From Escherichia phage vB_EcoM_G2133: a stretch of DNA of 64,000 nt. Location of the stretch: sequence record MK327928.1; one strand, written 5' to 3'. The notes under the pieces are model-generated. The model did no database searches and was not told the DNA's origin. It saw only the letters and a list, made by a program, of their open reading frames with translations. Numbering within the stretch: position 1 is the first letter of the stretch; the number at the start of each line of letters is the position of its first letter. This document shows positions 62,032 through 64,000 of the stretch, piece after piece. Position numbers and translations under genes: made by a program.

Positions 62032-64000
<1,969 letters not shown>

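Overview
This window is a contiguous piece of a T4-like (T-even, Tevenvirinae) myovirus genome, identified by reading the translations; no database search was run. The minus strand (transcribed right to left) carries the early/middle block in T4 order: 4, 2, an inserted HNH gene, 3, 1, 57A, 57B, capsid-targeted internal-protein (IP) genes, a second HNH gene, a tRNA cluster (Leu, Gly, Pro, Ser, Thr, CAU-anticodon tRNA, then segB, then Arg plus a stable-RNA region), e.x-type small genes including nudE, e (lysozyme), another IP-like gene, denV, ipIII, ipII, a vs.x block that includes a GrcA-like glycyl-radical protein, regB, vs.1-like, vs, a macro-domain gene, tk, rI, a mobD-like HNH gene, an nrdC.x-type block of uncharacterised genes, nrdC, pin, 49, nrdD (no intron), nrdG, nrdH, 55, a-gt, 47, a frame-split HNH gene and the start of 46. 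From about 44.6 kb the plus strand carries the late baseplate, tail-fibre, neck and terminase block: 53, 5, 5.4, 6 to 12, wac (with foldon), 13 to 16 and the start of 17. Many minus-strand genes are preceded by T4-type early promoters (GTTTAC, 18-nt spacer, TAYWAT), and several are followed by hairpin terminators; TATAAATA late promoters are visible at e, 4/53 and 9. Several ORF-track starts use TTG or GTG, so starts were moved to the first ATG with a Shine-Dalgarno sequence where noted. The most interesting material for follow-up is the expanded IP locus, the ATPase plus nucleotidyltransferase pair in the nrdC.x block, the macro-domain and GrcA-like genes, the density of homing endonucleases, and an HNH gene split at a heptamer repeat.
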